Positions 51,421 through 61,399 of a stretch of 64,000 nucleotides of DNA are shown piece by piece. Within the stretch, counting starts at the first letter, position 1. Each line of letters begins with the position of its first letter. The notes under the pieces were generated by a model that was not told the origin of the DNA, did no database searches, and saw nothing but the letters and a program-made list of their open reading frames with translations. This stretch comes from an archaeon (lineage in GTDB: Archaea > Nanobdellota > Nanobdellia > Woesearchaeales > GCA-2686295): assembly GCA_043822105.1 (NCBI GenBank), contig JBDRCD010000010.1, forward strand, positions 86,685 through 150,684, in the 5' to 3' direction. Made by a program: the position numbers and the translations under genes.

Positions 51421-52766
51421 TTTCAATGAAAGTCATGCTCATACACCCTGCAAAAACTCTAAACTTGAAATTTGATTATCTAAAATCTTATCAACCGTTA
51501 TTTGCAGCTTACTTGTCTTCATATCTAAAAAATGATAATCATGAAGTTAAATTTCTGGATGTTTTTGCAAAAGGGTTTAACAGAAGACAGGAGAATGAGA
51601 AATTAACAAGAATCGGACTTTCACCTGATGAAATCTCAAAAGAAATAGAATCATTCGGACCTGAGGTGGTTGGTGTTTCATGCATATATACATTTCAATT
51701 TCCAGATGCCATTGAAATAGTTGATATTGTGAAGAATGTTGATCCTAGGATAGCAACTGTTATTGGTGGCAATCACATAACTGGTGTGTATAAAGGAGGC
51801 AATAAAACTGCTGAAGACTTTGCTAATTTAAATTTAAGATTGGGCATTACAGAGGAATCGATTGATTATAAGGTTATAGGATCTGGTGAGATTGCAATGG
51901 TCAATCTAGTTAATTCTTTGAAGAAAGGGATTAATCCTGAAAAAAATGTCATTGGAACAAATATTAACCTGAGCAATTCTCTCCTTCCGGATTTTTCTAT
52001 TTATGAGAAGAATGATTATCCTGCAGCAACTTTTCGAGCTTCTTCAGGAAAAGAAAAATTTTCCATGCCCTATATGTCTTCAAGAGGATGTACAAATATT
52101 TGTGATTATTGCACGACAAATATGATGTGGGGAAGAGGTTTTACACATTACACATCTGAACAGAATAAAACAAATTTGCTAAATATAAAAAAACAAGGTT
52201 ATGGTGAAATTGGTTTGCACGATGACAATATGTTGTTAAACAAGAACTATGCGTTGGAATTATTTGAACAGATTCACTCTTTGGATTTTGAATGGACTCT
52301 TTTAGCCATTGACAGATCCAGAACTGATGAGAAAATAATAGACTCAATTATAAAAAATGGTTGTTCTCATATGTTTTTCTCAGTTGAAACCCCAAATACT
52401 AAGAATTTGGTTGAAAGAGGAAAAATTACCTACAAAAACGCTGATAATGATAAAACAATTGAACACATAAAAAAGTTATCAGAAAATAGAATATCTATTG
52501 AAATGGATTTTATGATAGGTTTTCCTAATGAAACTATGAAAGATATACAGAGAACTGTTGATTATGGCAATAAACTTCTGGAAATTGGCGCTACAAATGC
52601 AATATATATACCTGTGACTCCTTTGCCAGGAACAGAACTATATAACAAAGTACGAGGAAAGATAGAATGGGAGAAAGGCTACGATGGTTTTACACTTACA
52701 AAATCAAATCTAAATTTGGGTTTTGACATCTCTAAAATCTTGCTCGAGAATACAAAATATTTATAA
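51417..52766 (+). CDS. Cobalamin-binding (class B) radical SAM protein
   Basis: VIGGNH, SRGCTNICDYC, MIGFPNET and PLPGTELY. Confidence 0.9.
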   Translation: MISMKVMLIHPAKTLNLKFDYLKSYQPLFAAYLSSYLKNDNHEVKFLDVFAKGFNRRQENEKLTRIGLSPDEISKEIESFGPEVVGVSCIYTFQFPDAIEIVDIVKNVDPRIATVIGGNHITGVYKGGNKTAEDFANLNLRLGITEESIDYKVIGSGEIAMVNLVNSLKKGINPEKNVIGTNINLSNSLLPDFSIYEKNDYPAATFRASSGKEKFSMPYMSSRGCTNICDYCTTNMMWGRGFTHYTSEQNKTNLLNIKKQGYGEIGLHDDNMLLNKNYALELFEQIHSLDFEWTLLAIDRSRTDEKIIDSIIKNGCSHMFFSVETPNTKNLVERGKITYKNADNDKTIEHIKKLSENRISIEMDFMIGFPNETMKDIQRTVDYGNKLLEIGATNAIYIPVTPLPGTELYNKVRGKIEWEKGYDGFTLTKSNLNLGFDISKILLENTKYL

Positions 52767-52850
52767 ACCGATTTCTAATTCTAGACGATACCATGATGCC
52801 GAAGGCCGCCGACTAAAAGGAGGCTAATGGTGTCGACGGAAATGACCGTC

Positions 52851-52968
52851 GGGGTTGTGGTGTAGCTTGGTCTAGCAAGAATCCAAGAGTTTCTTGGAGA
52901 TCGCTGGGAGCAATCTATCATCAGAGGTTTGGGACCTTTGGACCCCAGTTCGAATCTGGGCAGCCCCA
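52851..52968 (+). tRNA. tRNA-Pro(TGG) with ~43-nt non-canonical D-loop intron
   Basis: Acceptor stem GGGGTTG/CAGCCCC; T-arm CCCAG-TTCGAAT-CTGGG; anticodon TGG at 52930-52932; removing 52875-52917 restores the D-arm. Confidence 0.9.
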
Positions 52969-53136
52969 TAGCTTTTTAATAAATAGCAAAACTTGCGTTT
53001 TGTATTCCAAAAACGTAGTTTTTGTGAAACCTAGGAAAAACAGGTGTGGCATGAAGCCATACTGGACGCTTTTGAGCGTCTTGACTAGAGAAATTCACTA
53101 AAAAAGTTTATAAAGGGAGTAAATTTTCGAAAAAAC

Positions 53137-53388
53137 ATGGCTAAAAAAGCAGTATACGGCTCTGTAAAAAGATTTGGATCAAGATATGGAAAGAGACTTA
53201 GAGATAGATTTGGAGCCATAGAGATAAAGCAGAGGATGAAACACAAGTGTCCCTATTGCAATTATGATCAGGTAAGAAGAGAAGCTGTAGGTATCTGGAA
53301 GTGTGGAAAGTGTAAATCTAAGTTTACAAGTAAAGCATACACAGTTGCAAAACCAGCTGCCATCAAATTAGAGGTGGAAGAACAATGA
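53137..53388 (+). CDS. rpl37ae: Ribosomal protein eL43 (L37ae)
   Basis: RFGSRYG, CPYC and GIWKCGKC. Confidence 0.95.
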   Translation: MAKKAVYGSVKRFGSRYGKRLRDRFGAIEIKQRMKHKCPYCNYDQVRREAVGIWKCGKCKSKFTSKAYTVAKPAAIKLEVEEQ

Positions 53389-53522
53389 GTTCCTACAAAT
53401 GCTTTTCATGCAATAAAAAGATTTCAGACATTCAGATAAAAAAAAGAGTTAGATGTCTATACTGTGGTTCTAAAATTATTTTCAAAGAAAGAACCATAAA
53501 TACAAAAGTTAAAGCTGTATAA
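53385..53522 (+). CDS. rpoP: RNA polymerase subunit P (Rpo12)
   Basis: Manual translation MSSYKCFSC...RCLYCGSKIIFKER; ATGA overlap with eL43; conserved operon position. Confidence 0.9.
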   Translation: MSSYKCFSCNKKISDIQIKKRVRCLYCGSKIIFKERTINTKVKAV

Positions 53523-53568
53523 TGAAATCGCAAAATAAAATTTTGCAGTTCATAAATAGGGATGATTT

Positions 53569-53814
53569 ATGAAATACTCTGCTAAAATAATGGTTGAGGG
53601 TGATGCAAACAATATAGTAAAATTGTTTGAACCTGAAACAAAGAAGTTTACGAATAACAGAGCTGTTTATTCTGTTAACAAGAATAAGAACAGCGTCGAA
53701 TTCATAATAACTGCGGAGGACTCAACTTCTTTGAGAGCCGTTGCGAACTCAATAATAAAAAACCTAACAATTTACGAGAAAGTCAAATGGACAAAAAAAC
53801 AGAAGAAAAAATAG
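53569..53814 (+). CDS. pcc1: KEOPS subunit Pcc1
   Basis: ITAEDSTSLRAVANS; operon position. Confidence 0.85.
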   Translation: MKYSAKIMVEGDANNIVKLFEPETKKFTNNRAVYSVNKNKNSVEFIITAEDSTSLRAVANSIIKNLTIYEKVKWTKKQKKK

Positions 53815-54113
53815 CTGAACTGCAGATGATTGAGCAGAGCATGCAGAGATTTCTAAATCAAAAACAGCAGTTTCAAACTCAAATAGTTGAAGTTGACAAT
53901 GCTTTAAAGGAGTTGTCAGGTGCCAAACAAGCCCATAGGATCATTGGAAATATCATGGTTGAAGTTGATAAGAAAAAACTTGAGAGTGACCTTAAATCTA
54001 AAAAAGAAATACAGGAGCTAAGGCTTAAATCCATCGAAAAACAGGAACAGGACATTAGAAAGAAAGCAGACGATATTCAAAAAGAAGTGATGAAGGAACT
54101 TAATAGGAAGTGA
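53787..54113 (+). CDS. pfdB: Prefoldin beta subunit
   Basis: Coiled coil with HRIIGNIMV hairpin; operon position. Confidence 0.9.
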   Translation: MDKKTEEKIAELQMIEQSMQRFLNQKQQFQTQIVEVDNALKELSGAKQAHRIIGNIMVEVDKKKLESDLKSKKEIQELRLKSIEKQEQDIRKKADDIQKEVMKELNRK

Positions 54114-54118
54114 TTAGG

Positions 54119-54358
54119 ATGGAAATACAAGAAGTAATTGATTCTCTTATTGAACTTGAAGAAGATACCTCAATTCCAAAGAATACAAAGCTGAAGATTT
54201 CTCAGATGATTGTGGATTTAAAAAGCGATAAGGATATTTCTTTGAAAGTAAACAAATCTTTGAGTGATTTGGATGATATTTCCAGTGATATTAACATACC
54301 TGATTTTATAAGAACTCAGATTTGGGGCATCGCAAGCATGCTCGAAAAATTACAATAG
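54119..54358 (+). CDS. UPF0147 family protein
   Basis: EDTSIPKN...DINIPDFIRTQIWGIASMLE. Confidence 0.85.
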   Translation: MEIQEVIDSLIELEEDTSIPKNTKLKISQMIVDLKSDKDISLKVNKSLSDLDDISSDINIPDFIRTQIWGIASMLEKLQ

Positions 54359-54961
54359 CTATCTCTTTTTTCTCTTTAGAACTAAATTTTTTAGAAAGTA
54401 TGAGTTAGGAAGAACCATCAGGTCTTTTTTTCTGGTTTCAACGTGCGTGTCCAGAAGATTCATCTTTATTATTTTTCCGCTTATTTCTCCAACCTGCACC
54501 AGACTTCCAACTTTGAAAACACCTTTTCTTCTTACGGAATATCCTGCAACAAAGTTTGGCAGAAAATCTTTCACAGACAAAACTATTGAAATACTAATTA
54601 CCAGAATTATTATTATCAGTATAAAGCTTAGAATAAATGGGGCCAGTCCAAGATATTCAAAAGCTATAACGATGGTTGCAAAGTAAATCAGATAGGATAT
54701 CCAGTTTGAGATTGTATCTGTTAAATATGTTTTGTGTCCGATGGCTTTGCTTATGTTTTTGTTGAATTCTATCTCTTTCAGAAGTTTTAGAACTATTTTT
54801 CCGACTATTCTTCCTATTATAAAACCTATTAGTAATATTATTATGGCTGTCACTATTTTTAGCAGTGTCAGATTATTAACAAGAGCATTGCTCAAATTTA
54901 CAAGCCATTGGTTTAATTTCATAAAATTTCCTTGAAATAATTTTATGAACTCAGAAAACAT
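54359..54961 (-). CDS. MscS-family small mechanosensitive channel-like protein
   Basis: TM helices, NFVAG and FKVG...G...LPNS; start uncertain. Confidence 0.8.
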   Translation of the reverse strand: MFSEFIKLFQGNFMKLNQWLVNLSNALVNNLTLLKIVTAIIILLIGFIIGRIVGKIVLKLLKEIEFNKNISKAIGHKTYLTDTISNWISYLIYFATIVIAFEYLGLAPFILSFILIIIILVISISIVLSVKDFLPNFVAGYSVRRKGVFKVGSLVQVGEISGKIIKMNLLDTHVETRKKDLMVLPNSYFLKNLVLKRKKR

Positions 54962-54998
54962 AGTTTTCTGAATTTCATATTCTCAATAAGTAATTTGC

Positions 54999-57065
54999 TT
55001 ATATAAAGGTTGTTTTTTTCACGACTAAAGTTGCAGTGTTATCGTTCTCTTCATTGATTGAAAATTTATCTATTGTTATCTTTTTTTTGAAAATCGGACC
55101 ATCCAGAACCAATGTTTCAAATTCTCCGCCTTCACCGGCTATGTTTAGATCTACTTTTTTCTTCAGTTCAACGAGTTTGTCAATCATATTGTCATCTATT
55201 TCTTTGTTGAGCCAGCTTTTATTGAGACCCTCTGCAGCGACTTTTGTCATTATGCATTTGAATCCTTCTCTTACTATTTCTCTCATTTCTGTTTCCTGAT
55301 TAATGTGCCACAAAGGGGAGAATATCTTAAGTGACAGTTCGTCGCATATCTTTTCCACTCTGTCTCTTTGATAGTTTGAAAACAATGCGCCTGTGACAAC
55401 TCCTTCAATTTTATACTCCTTTTTTGCTTTTTCTATGGCTTTTTTTAGATCAACCAGTTCTTTTTCTTTTTCTCCTTTTGTCTCCTGAATGATTAAAGGT
55501 ATGCCCATTGACTCTGACTGTAGTTTGACCATTTCTATTGTGGGCGTGTGAAACATGTAGGAATCCGGATTCTCGCTTTTTAATGTGATAAAACATCCCA
55601 CTTCATAGTTCTGCTTCATCATTGTATAGGCTGCGTAAACACTGTCTTTACCAGAGCTTAGAAGTGCCCCTAGTTTGACATTATGCAAAGGATAAAATTT
55701 TCTCAGATAATCTGATTTTCTATCAAACTTGTTCTTATTGGTAAGTTTTTGTATTGCTTTGTGAAAGTTTGAGCCGTACTGTGCTGCTTTCTTTTTTCTC
55801 ATGGCGAATTCTTCCTTCAATCCGAGATTCAAAGCGACGAGTCTCAGTATGTATTTTTCATGTCCGTCTGTTAATTTATACTTCTCTGGTATTTTCAAAG
55901 AGTAGTCTATGAGTTCTTTGTCTAGAAGCGGGAGTCTTAGTTCTGTTTGATTATACATGGTTACAACGTCGTCTCTATAAAGGTCTCTCTCGTACATCTT
56001 TAGAAGCCCTGAAACGCATTCCTTGTTGATGTTTGTGGATTCCTTGTGTCTTTGATAGCCTGCGAATATTTCTTCGCTGCCAAGACCTGAGAACATCACT
56101 TTTACTCCGTCTTTTCTTGCTTCTTCACAGGCGGCGTAGAATGGAAGCGCGACGCCTACTTTTACAACGTTTGAATCCTCTATTAGTGGAACTATTTTCT
56201 TTAGATATTTTTCAACGTCTGAAATTTTTATCTTTACAATTTTCAGGTCTAACTTTAGATCCTTTGCAATTCTTTTGGCGTATGATAGGTCCTGAGGTTC
56301 TTTTAGTCCTGGATCGTCTAAGACTGCTGTGTAGCAGGTGAATTTTTGTCCTAGTTTTTTTAGAACCAAAGCAAGAACCGTTGAATCGATTCCTCCTGAG
56401 AACAGTATTCCAAATTTTACATCAGGTATTCTCTTTGCTATGGCTGATTTTATTTTTATTTCTACTTCTCTGGCAATTACTTCTATGGAGTCTCTGTGTT
56501 CTGGTTCTATTGAAAAAAACTTTCTGTCTTTGAATGTGATTGAATCATCTTCTGTGTTGTATTCTAGTATTTTTCTCGGATTAAGCTCGTTTATGTCCAG
56601 AATGCCTATTTTTTCAAGTGCTTTTTTTTCAGATGCGAAATGGAACCCTTTTGTGTGGCTGTACCACATTGGTTTTACTCCTATGATATCTCTTGCAAGG
56701 AATAGTTTGTGTCTTTTTTTGAAAGCTAGTGCGAAAACACCATCTAATTCATTTAAGGATTCTTCATTGACACCTTTCTTTTGCATTAGTTTGAAAATTA
56801 CTTCTGCATCGTTTCTTGCTTTGAATTTGTATTTTTTGTTGAGTTCTTTCCAGTTGTAAACTTCGCAGTTGACAACCATTAGTTCATCGTCCACAAATGG
56901 TTGTTCTACATGTCCGACCATTGCATGCAGGCAGTGTCCAAAAGAGAACTTTTTCCCTTCAAAAAAACCTTTTCCGTCCTTTCCTCTGTTCTCTAAAACC
57001 TTTAGACCATCCTTTACAAGTTTCATTGAATTCTCTCTTTTGAAAACACCGATTATTCCACACAT
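54999..57065 (-). CDS. AsnB-like glutamine amidotransferase/synthetase fused to diphthine-ammonia ligase (Dph6)
   Basis: MCGIIG (Ntn Cys), ARDIIGVKP, FSGGIDS and GSEEIFAGY, then LSSGKDS, SYMFH and GEGGEFET. Confidence 0.88.
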   Translation of the reverse strand: MCGIIGVFKRENSMKLVKDGLKVLENRGKDGKGFFEGKKFSFGHCLHAMVGHVEQPFVDDELMVVNCEVYNWKELNKKYKFKARNDAEVIFKLMQKKGVNEESLNELDGVFALAFKKRHKLFLARDIIGVKPMWYSHTKGFHFASEKKALEKIGILDINELNPRKILEYNTEDDSITFKDRKFFSIEPEHRDSIEVIAREVEIKIKSAIAKRIPDVKFGILFSGGIDSTVLALVLKKLGQKFTCYTAVLDDPGLKEPQDLSYAKRIAKDLKLDLKIVKIKISDVEKYLKKIVPLIEDSNVVKVGVALPFYAACEEARKDGVKVMFSGLGSEEIFAGYQRHKESTNINKECVSGLLKMYERDLYRDDVVTMYNQTELRLPLLDKELIDYSLKIPEKYKLTDGHEKYILRLVALNLGLKEEFAMRKKKAAQYGSNFHKAIQKLTNKNKFDRKSDYLRKFYPLHNVKLGALLSSGKDSVYAAYTMMKQNYEVGCFITLKSENPDSYMFHTPTIEMVKLQSESMGIPLIIQETKGEKEKELVDLKKAIEKAKKEYKIEGVVTGALFSNYQRDRVEKICDELSLKIFSPLWHINQETEMREIVREGFKCIMTKVAAEGLNKSWLNKEIDDNMIDKLVELKKKVDLNIAGEGGEFETLVLDGPIFKKKITIDKFSINEENDNTATLVVKKTTFI

Positions 57066-57267
57066 AACTTTATAGAAAGGAAATCTTTTTAAAAATGTTA
57101 GTGTATTATACAGAATTATGAAGTGGACTTGGAATCATACGATACTGTTGGTAATTGTTTCAATTCTACTAACAATAGTGCTGTACATAGTTTTTCATAT
57201 ACTTTTGATATTGATTCTTTTCATTCCACCAATTGTGATGTTGAAGCATATGAAGAAGTAAATTATT

Positions 57268-58125
57268 TTAGAAAGTGGCGAGATAAGTTTTTGGTTTTAC
57301 TTCTTCTATTTCGACTGTGAATTTAGGTATGTTGTTGGGAGGATTAAATTCAATCTTTAGGTATTCAGGTACAATTATTTCTCCTGAACCATTTTTTTCT
57401 ATTCTGGCACTCATTTTGGCATTATCAGCCCACATTGTTTCTGGAAAACCATTAAAGTTAGTGGAATATTCGACTGTATTATTTTTTAAAACCTTTTTTT
57501 TCACGTGAATGCTATGCACTTTTCCTGCGTATGCAAATTGTACATCTCCTTCCAAATTGTTTCTAAGTATGGACATGAAAATATCATTTACAATCATAGT
57601 GTTTTCCGGCAGATATTTTCCTACGTTTAACTTCTTTTCTTCAATTAGTTTCATCTCTTTTTTTGTTGGATTGTAGTCGCTGTCAATGTTATATGAAACA
57701 ATTTTATAGATTCCTGACTCATTTTGTTTAACAACTATATTTTCCCATGTCTGTTTTGAATTAAGGGTGTTTCCTTCTTTCTCAAAAATGAAATCTTTCT
57801 TTCCTAGTTTTAATGGTCCAACTTTTAAATATGCTTCAGCATTTATTAATGAATAAAGTTTGTTCACAACTATATCTATGAATCCTATTGAAACTTTGAA
57901 TGGTTTTGTTATCTTCATCTTGAATTTTTGGGAATAGTTATCGAATGTTTTATTGTATTGAGAATTTGTAATTGATCCTAAATCAATTTCTTTTGCAGAA
58001 GCAATTTCTGAACTTGATTTAGATGTAGGTATCTCATTCTTTGCAGCATACAGTGTCTGTCCTTTGACTTGAGAACTAAGTGCCAGTACTACTGTGGTTA
58101 ATGTTAAAGCTGCTTTTGCTTTCAT
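57268..58125 (-). CDS. Hypothetical exported protein
   Basis: Signal peptide ending VKG-Q. Confidence 0.6.
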   Translation of the reverse strand: MKAKAALTLTTVVLALSSQVKGQTLYAAKNEIPTSKSSSEIASAKEIDLGSITNSQYNKTFDNYSQKFKMKITKPFKVSIGFIDIVVNKLYSLINAEAYLKVGPLKLGKKDFIFEKEGNTLNSKQTWENIVVKQNESGIYKIVSYNIDSDYNPTKKEMKLIEEKKLNVGKYLPENTMIVNDIFMSILRNNLEGDVQFAYAGKVHSIHVKKKVLKNNTVEYSTNFNGFPETMWADNAKMSARIEKNGSGEIIVPEYLKIEFNPPNNIPKFTVEIEEVKPKTYLATF

Positions 58126-58127
58126 CT

Positions 58128-59027
58128 CTACATCCTCGTCGTGTAATATGGTCCGTAGAGGTTGCCAGTCATTTTTACTAGACTGGCAAGATTGTATATT
58201 AGATACAGCTCTTTCCTCTCCACAGTTCCCATTAGTTTCTCTGCTCTTTTCCCTAATTCCTTTTTCTTTTTTTGAAATTTTGAAGCGTTTTCCTTATCAA
58301 ACTTGTAGAATAATTTATGAAACCTTGAGAAGAACTCGTTTGCTTCCCTGTATAGCTCCATTGTTTCTTTTCCTGGTACAAATGAGTTTTCCATCATGTA
58401 TGTGCTCATTTTTTCATAGTGGTCTGCAATCTTCTCTAAATCCCTGATTATTACGTAGTAGAACTGCGTCTTGTTGTGGTCTTTGTGGCCTTTTTTGTTC
58501 AGTACTCTTTTGCAGAAGTCTGTGAATTTGTCGACGCTGTTTTCCAGAGATATAACTCCTTTTAATCTTGTTTTATCCTTGTTTTTTATTGCTTCTAAGC
58601 TGTTTTTTCCCATCTCTTCTATGAGGTAGTACACTCTTCGGAACATGTTCTCAAACTGTTCTTCAAGCTCTACAGACACATTCTTTATTTCTACATGATT
58701 TTCTCCCTGGTCTATTATCTCGTAGCCCATGAGGTCCGGCAGTTTTTCCTGCAGTTTAGAATATATTTCCTGGTCTTTGTAGTTGACTCTTATTTCATCA
58801 ACTCCTGCCTGGTATAGGTATGCAATATATAGTGGATTAAAATCTTCTTCTGCGTCTATGATTACTTTTTTGCTCTCTTTTGCTTTTTCTGTGCTGACTG
58901 TGAGACTTTTTTCTTCCAGTTCTACGTCTAGTTCGTCTCCTTTTTGAATATTGTTTTGTTTAACCCATTTGCTTGGTAATGATAGAACTATTGTCTTCCC
59001 TGCTAGCTGTATTGCTCGTCTCTTCAT
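58128..59027 (-). CDS. AbrB-PhoU phosphate uptake regulator
   Basis: RAIQLAG...SLPSKW (AbrB), then VDKF and DLEKIADH (PhoU). Confidence 0.88.
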   Translation of the reverse strand: MKRRAIQLAGKTIVLSLPSKWVKQNNIQKGDELDVELEEKSLTVSTEKAKESKKVIIDAEEDFNPLYIAYLYQAGVDEIRVNYKDQEIYSKLQEKLPDLMGYEIIDQGENHVEIKNVSVELEEQFENMFRRVYYLIEEMGKNSLEAIKNKDKTRLKGVISLENSVDKFTDFCKRVLNKKGHKDHNKTQFYYVIIRDLEKIADHYEKMSTYMMENSFVPGKETMELYREANEFFSRFHKLFYKFDKENASKFQKKKKELGKRAEKLMGTVERKELYLIYNLASLVKMTGNLYGPYYTTRM

Positions 59028-59194
59028 TGTCGTTTCTACTCTCTGTTTTAGCTTTTCTACTATTTAAACATTTCGTTTATTATATAATTATATAGTACTA
59101 TATATATTATATGCATAAATTATATATCTTTTTTTCCGGTAATAGTAATTGTTTTTCCGAAAGAAACGAAAAACAAATGAAAAAGGTGATGGCA

Positions 59195-59653
59195 ATGGAT
59201 AAAAAAGATATAATGTTTTTAGCACACTTAAGAAACAACGCAAGAGAAACACTGACAAAGATAAGCAAGAAGACACACATACCAATATCAACGCTCTACG
59301 ACAGATTAAAGCTGCATGAAGGTGACATTATAACAAAGCACACAACACTAATAGACTTTGCAAAGCTAGGGTATTTATGCAAAGCAAACATTACAATAAA
59401 GGTTGATATTGAAGATAGAGACGCAGTTAGAGCATATTTGTTATGTCAAAACAATGTGAACTCTCTGTTCAAGATCAACAACGGCTATGATTTTTTGATA
59501 GAAGGAGTATTCAAACACGTAAAAGAGATGGAAGACTTCATGGAAACCTTTGAGAAGAAATACAGAGTTTTGGAAAAGAATGTATACTACATAATTGAAG
59601 ACCTGAAAAGAGAGAGTTTTATGGCTGAGACAGAAAATGTGAGTGTTGTATAA
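59195..59653 (+). CDS. Lrp/AsnC transcriptional regulator
   Basis: LRNNARETLTKISK...STLYDRL and IDFAKLG; GGTGA RBS upstream. Confidence 0.9.
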   Translation: MDKKDIMFLAHLRNNARETLTKISKKTHIPISTLYDRLKLHEGDIITKHTTLIDFAKLGYLCKANITIKVDIEDRDAVRAYLLCQNNVNSLFKINNGYDFLIEGVFKHVKEMEDFMETFEKKYRVLEKNVYYIIEDLKRESFMAETENVSVV

Positions 59654-59729
59654 CGAAACGACGAAAGCTTTTTCTTCGATCAGTTATAATATCAAAAGAT
59701 TTATATCTTTATAATTTTTTTTACATAAA

Positions 59730-60917
59730 ATGAATTTTCATATTAATGGAAAAAATGTGAAAATAATTTTTAATTATAATAATTATTCTAAAAGAAAGTA
59801 TAGAAATGACTTTAAAGATTTCTTAGATTATCACACAAAAAGGGAGGAAAAAGACCCTGAGCAAGTTAGACAATTTGATTTAAAAAGAATTTTTTATAAA
59901 GAATTTCAAACAATTCCTTATAAAGGACTTGCAGCATATTTATCTGAAAGGTATAGCTATGAATTTTTCATGAAAACTGCTAATTATTTTTTTATTAAAA
60001 TACTTGAAAAAGTACTAAATGATTATCCAAAGATAATTACTTCTGAGGAATTTGAAATTCAAGTTCAAGTGATAAGGATTGTAAGAAGAGAATATTATGG
60101 GGCTTATGATCCCGAACCATCTGATAAAGATCATGCGTATATTGAGTTTAATGCTGTATGGGTTCTTAATAACATAGTTATGCCTTGGGCACTTTATAAG
60201 AAGATAAATTATCAACTGATATATAAATTTCTAGTGCATGAACTTTATCATCATGTTGATAATATAGCGGAAGCTTTTATTTATGAAGACAAACTAGAAG
60301 ATAAATTAAAATTGAAATCTAAAAAGATATCTAATTATGGAGTTTTATTCCTTTTTTCTGTATTATTTGAGTTGAGGGCAGAGGGTTTTGCAGAATTCGC
60401 TTCAAGAAATTCAAATCGTTTTGAAATAAACAAGAATAAAATATTAGAATTTAAAAAAAATCTTTGGATCCTTGTTACTAAAAGAAAAAAAGCAGATGCA
60501 GAATATTTCTTTAATAAAAAATTATCAACAGAATCCTATGCAACTTATTACTCTGGAAATCTTATGTGTTTTATAATAGCATTATTCTTTTGTAAAAATG
60601 TTACGAACCAACCTAAAATTATATTTGATGGAAAAGAATTTCCCATAATTGATTTAAATAGACTAATTGACACAAAAAAAACTGTTTCGATAATGGGAAT
60701 GCCTAGGGAGATTTATCAAAAAACATTATCATATGTGAACTCGATTGGGCCTGCGGAATTCTTAAATATGTATAATCATGCATGTGATCATTTAGAAATA
60801 TCATATGACAATCGAGTTTTATGGTGGAAAGAATTTATTAAGTTAAAAAAGAAGACAACAGAAATTTATGAAGCCGATAGATTAAAAAAAGTCATCAAAA
60901 AAGGATATACTATATAA
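59730..60917 (+). CDS. Hypothetical HEXXH metalloprotease-like protein
   Basis: LVHELYH...AEGFAEF (gluzincin-like); very AT-rich. Confidence 0.65.
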   Translation: MNFHINGKNVKIIFNYNNYSKRKYRNDFKDFLDYHTKREEKDPEQVRQFDLKRIFYKEFQTIPYKGLAAYLSERYSYEFFMKTANYFFIKILEKVLNDYPKIITSEEFEIQVQVIRIVRREYYGAYDPEPSDKDHAYIEFNAVWVLNNIVMPWALYKKINYQLIYKFLVHELYHHVDNIAEAFIYEDKLEDKLKLKSKKISNYGVLFLFSVLFELRAEGFAEFASRNSNRFEINKNKILEFKKNLWILVTKRKKADAEYFFNKKLSTESYATYYSGNLMCFIIALFFCKNVTNQPKIIFDGKEFPIIDLNRLIDTKKTVSIMGMPREIYQKTLSYVNSIGPAEFLNMYNHACDHLEISYDNRVLWWKEFIKLKKKTTEIYEADRLKKVIKKGYTI

Positions 60918-60965
60918 CCTCAAAATTAAATGATGCTGTACTTCTTATAATTTATTTTTTTACCC

Positions 60966-61142
60966 TTATTTTTTAGAATAAATTATGTATTCAATAATTA
61001 ATGTGAACAACGGAAACAGAATACTCAAAACAATAGAAGTATCTTTTCCTATATTAGTTGTTCCTAAAATGAAGAATAGAATTAATCCTAGAGTGATTGC
61101 TTGTAAGATTCCAAAAATGTAAAAAATGTTATTATTTTGCAT
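60966..61142 (-). CDS. Small two-TM protein (58 aa; below the ORF-track cutoff)
   Basis: Manual translation MQNNNIFYIFGILQAITLGLILFFILGTT...FTLIIEYIIYSKK. Confidence 0.55.
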   Translation of the reverse strand: MQNNNIFYIFGILQAITLGLILFFILGTTNIGKDTSIVLSILFPLFTLIIEYIIYSKK

Positions 61143-61195
61143 AATGTTAGATTAATTTCTTATGTATATAAAACTTTCGTCAGGGCAAAAATGAA

Positions 61196-61223
61196 ATTGA
61201 ACATAATTCCTGTTAGTTTCTTT
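61196..61223. repeat. dif/att-like site A
   Basis: ATTGAACATAA-TTCCTG-TTAGTTTCTTT. Confidence 0.75.
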
Positions 61224-61399
61224 GACCCTACAACGTGGGGTCAAATTTCGTCCGAAAAGTTCAGAAAACGGCCGTTCATCCACGGAGCGAATGCGACACA
61301 TAAATTTAAACAATGAAGGGCAAGGGTTATTCATTATTGTATCTAAATAGTAGTAACAAAATAGAAAGATTTATAAATCTATTATTATCTGCTATTGTT

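Noticed and set aside
52781-52969. 62-aa minus-strand ORF
   Set aside because: It is the antisense of the tRNA-Pro gene
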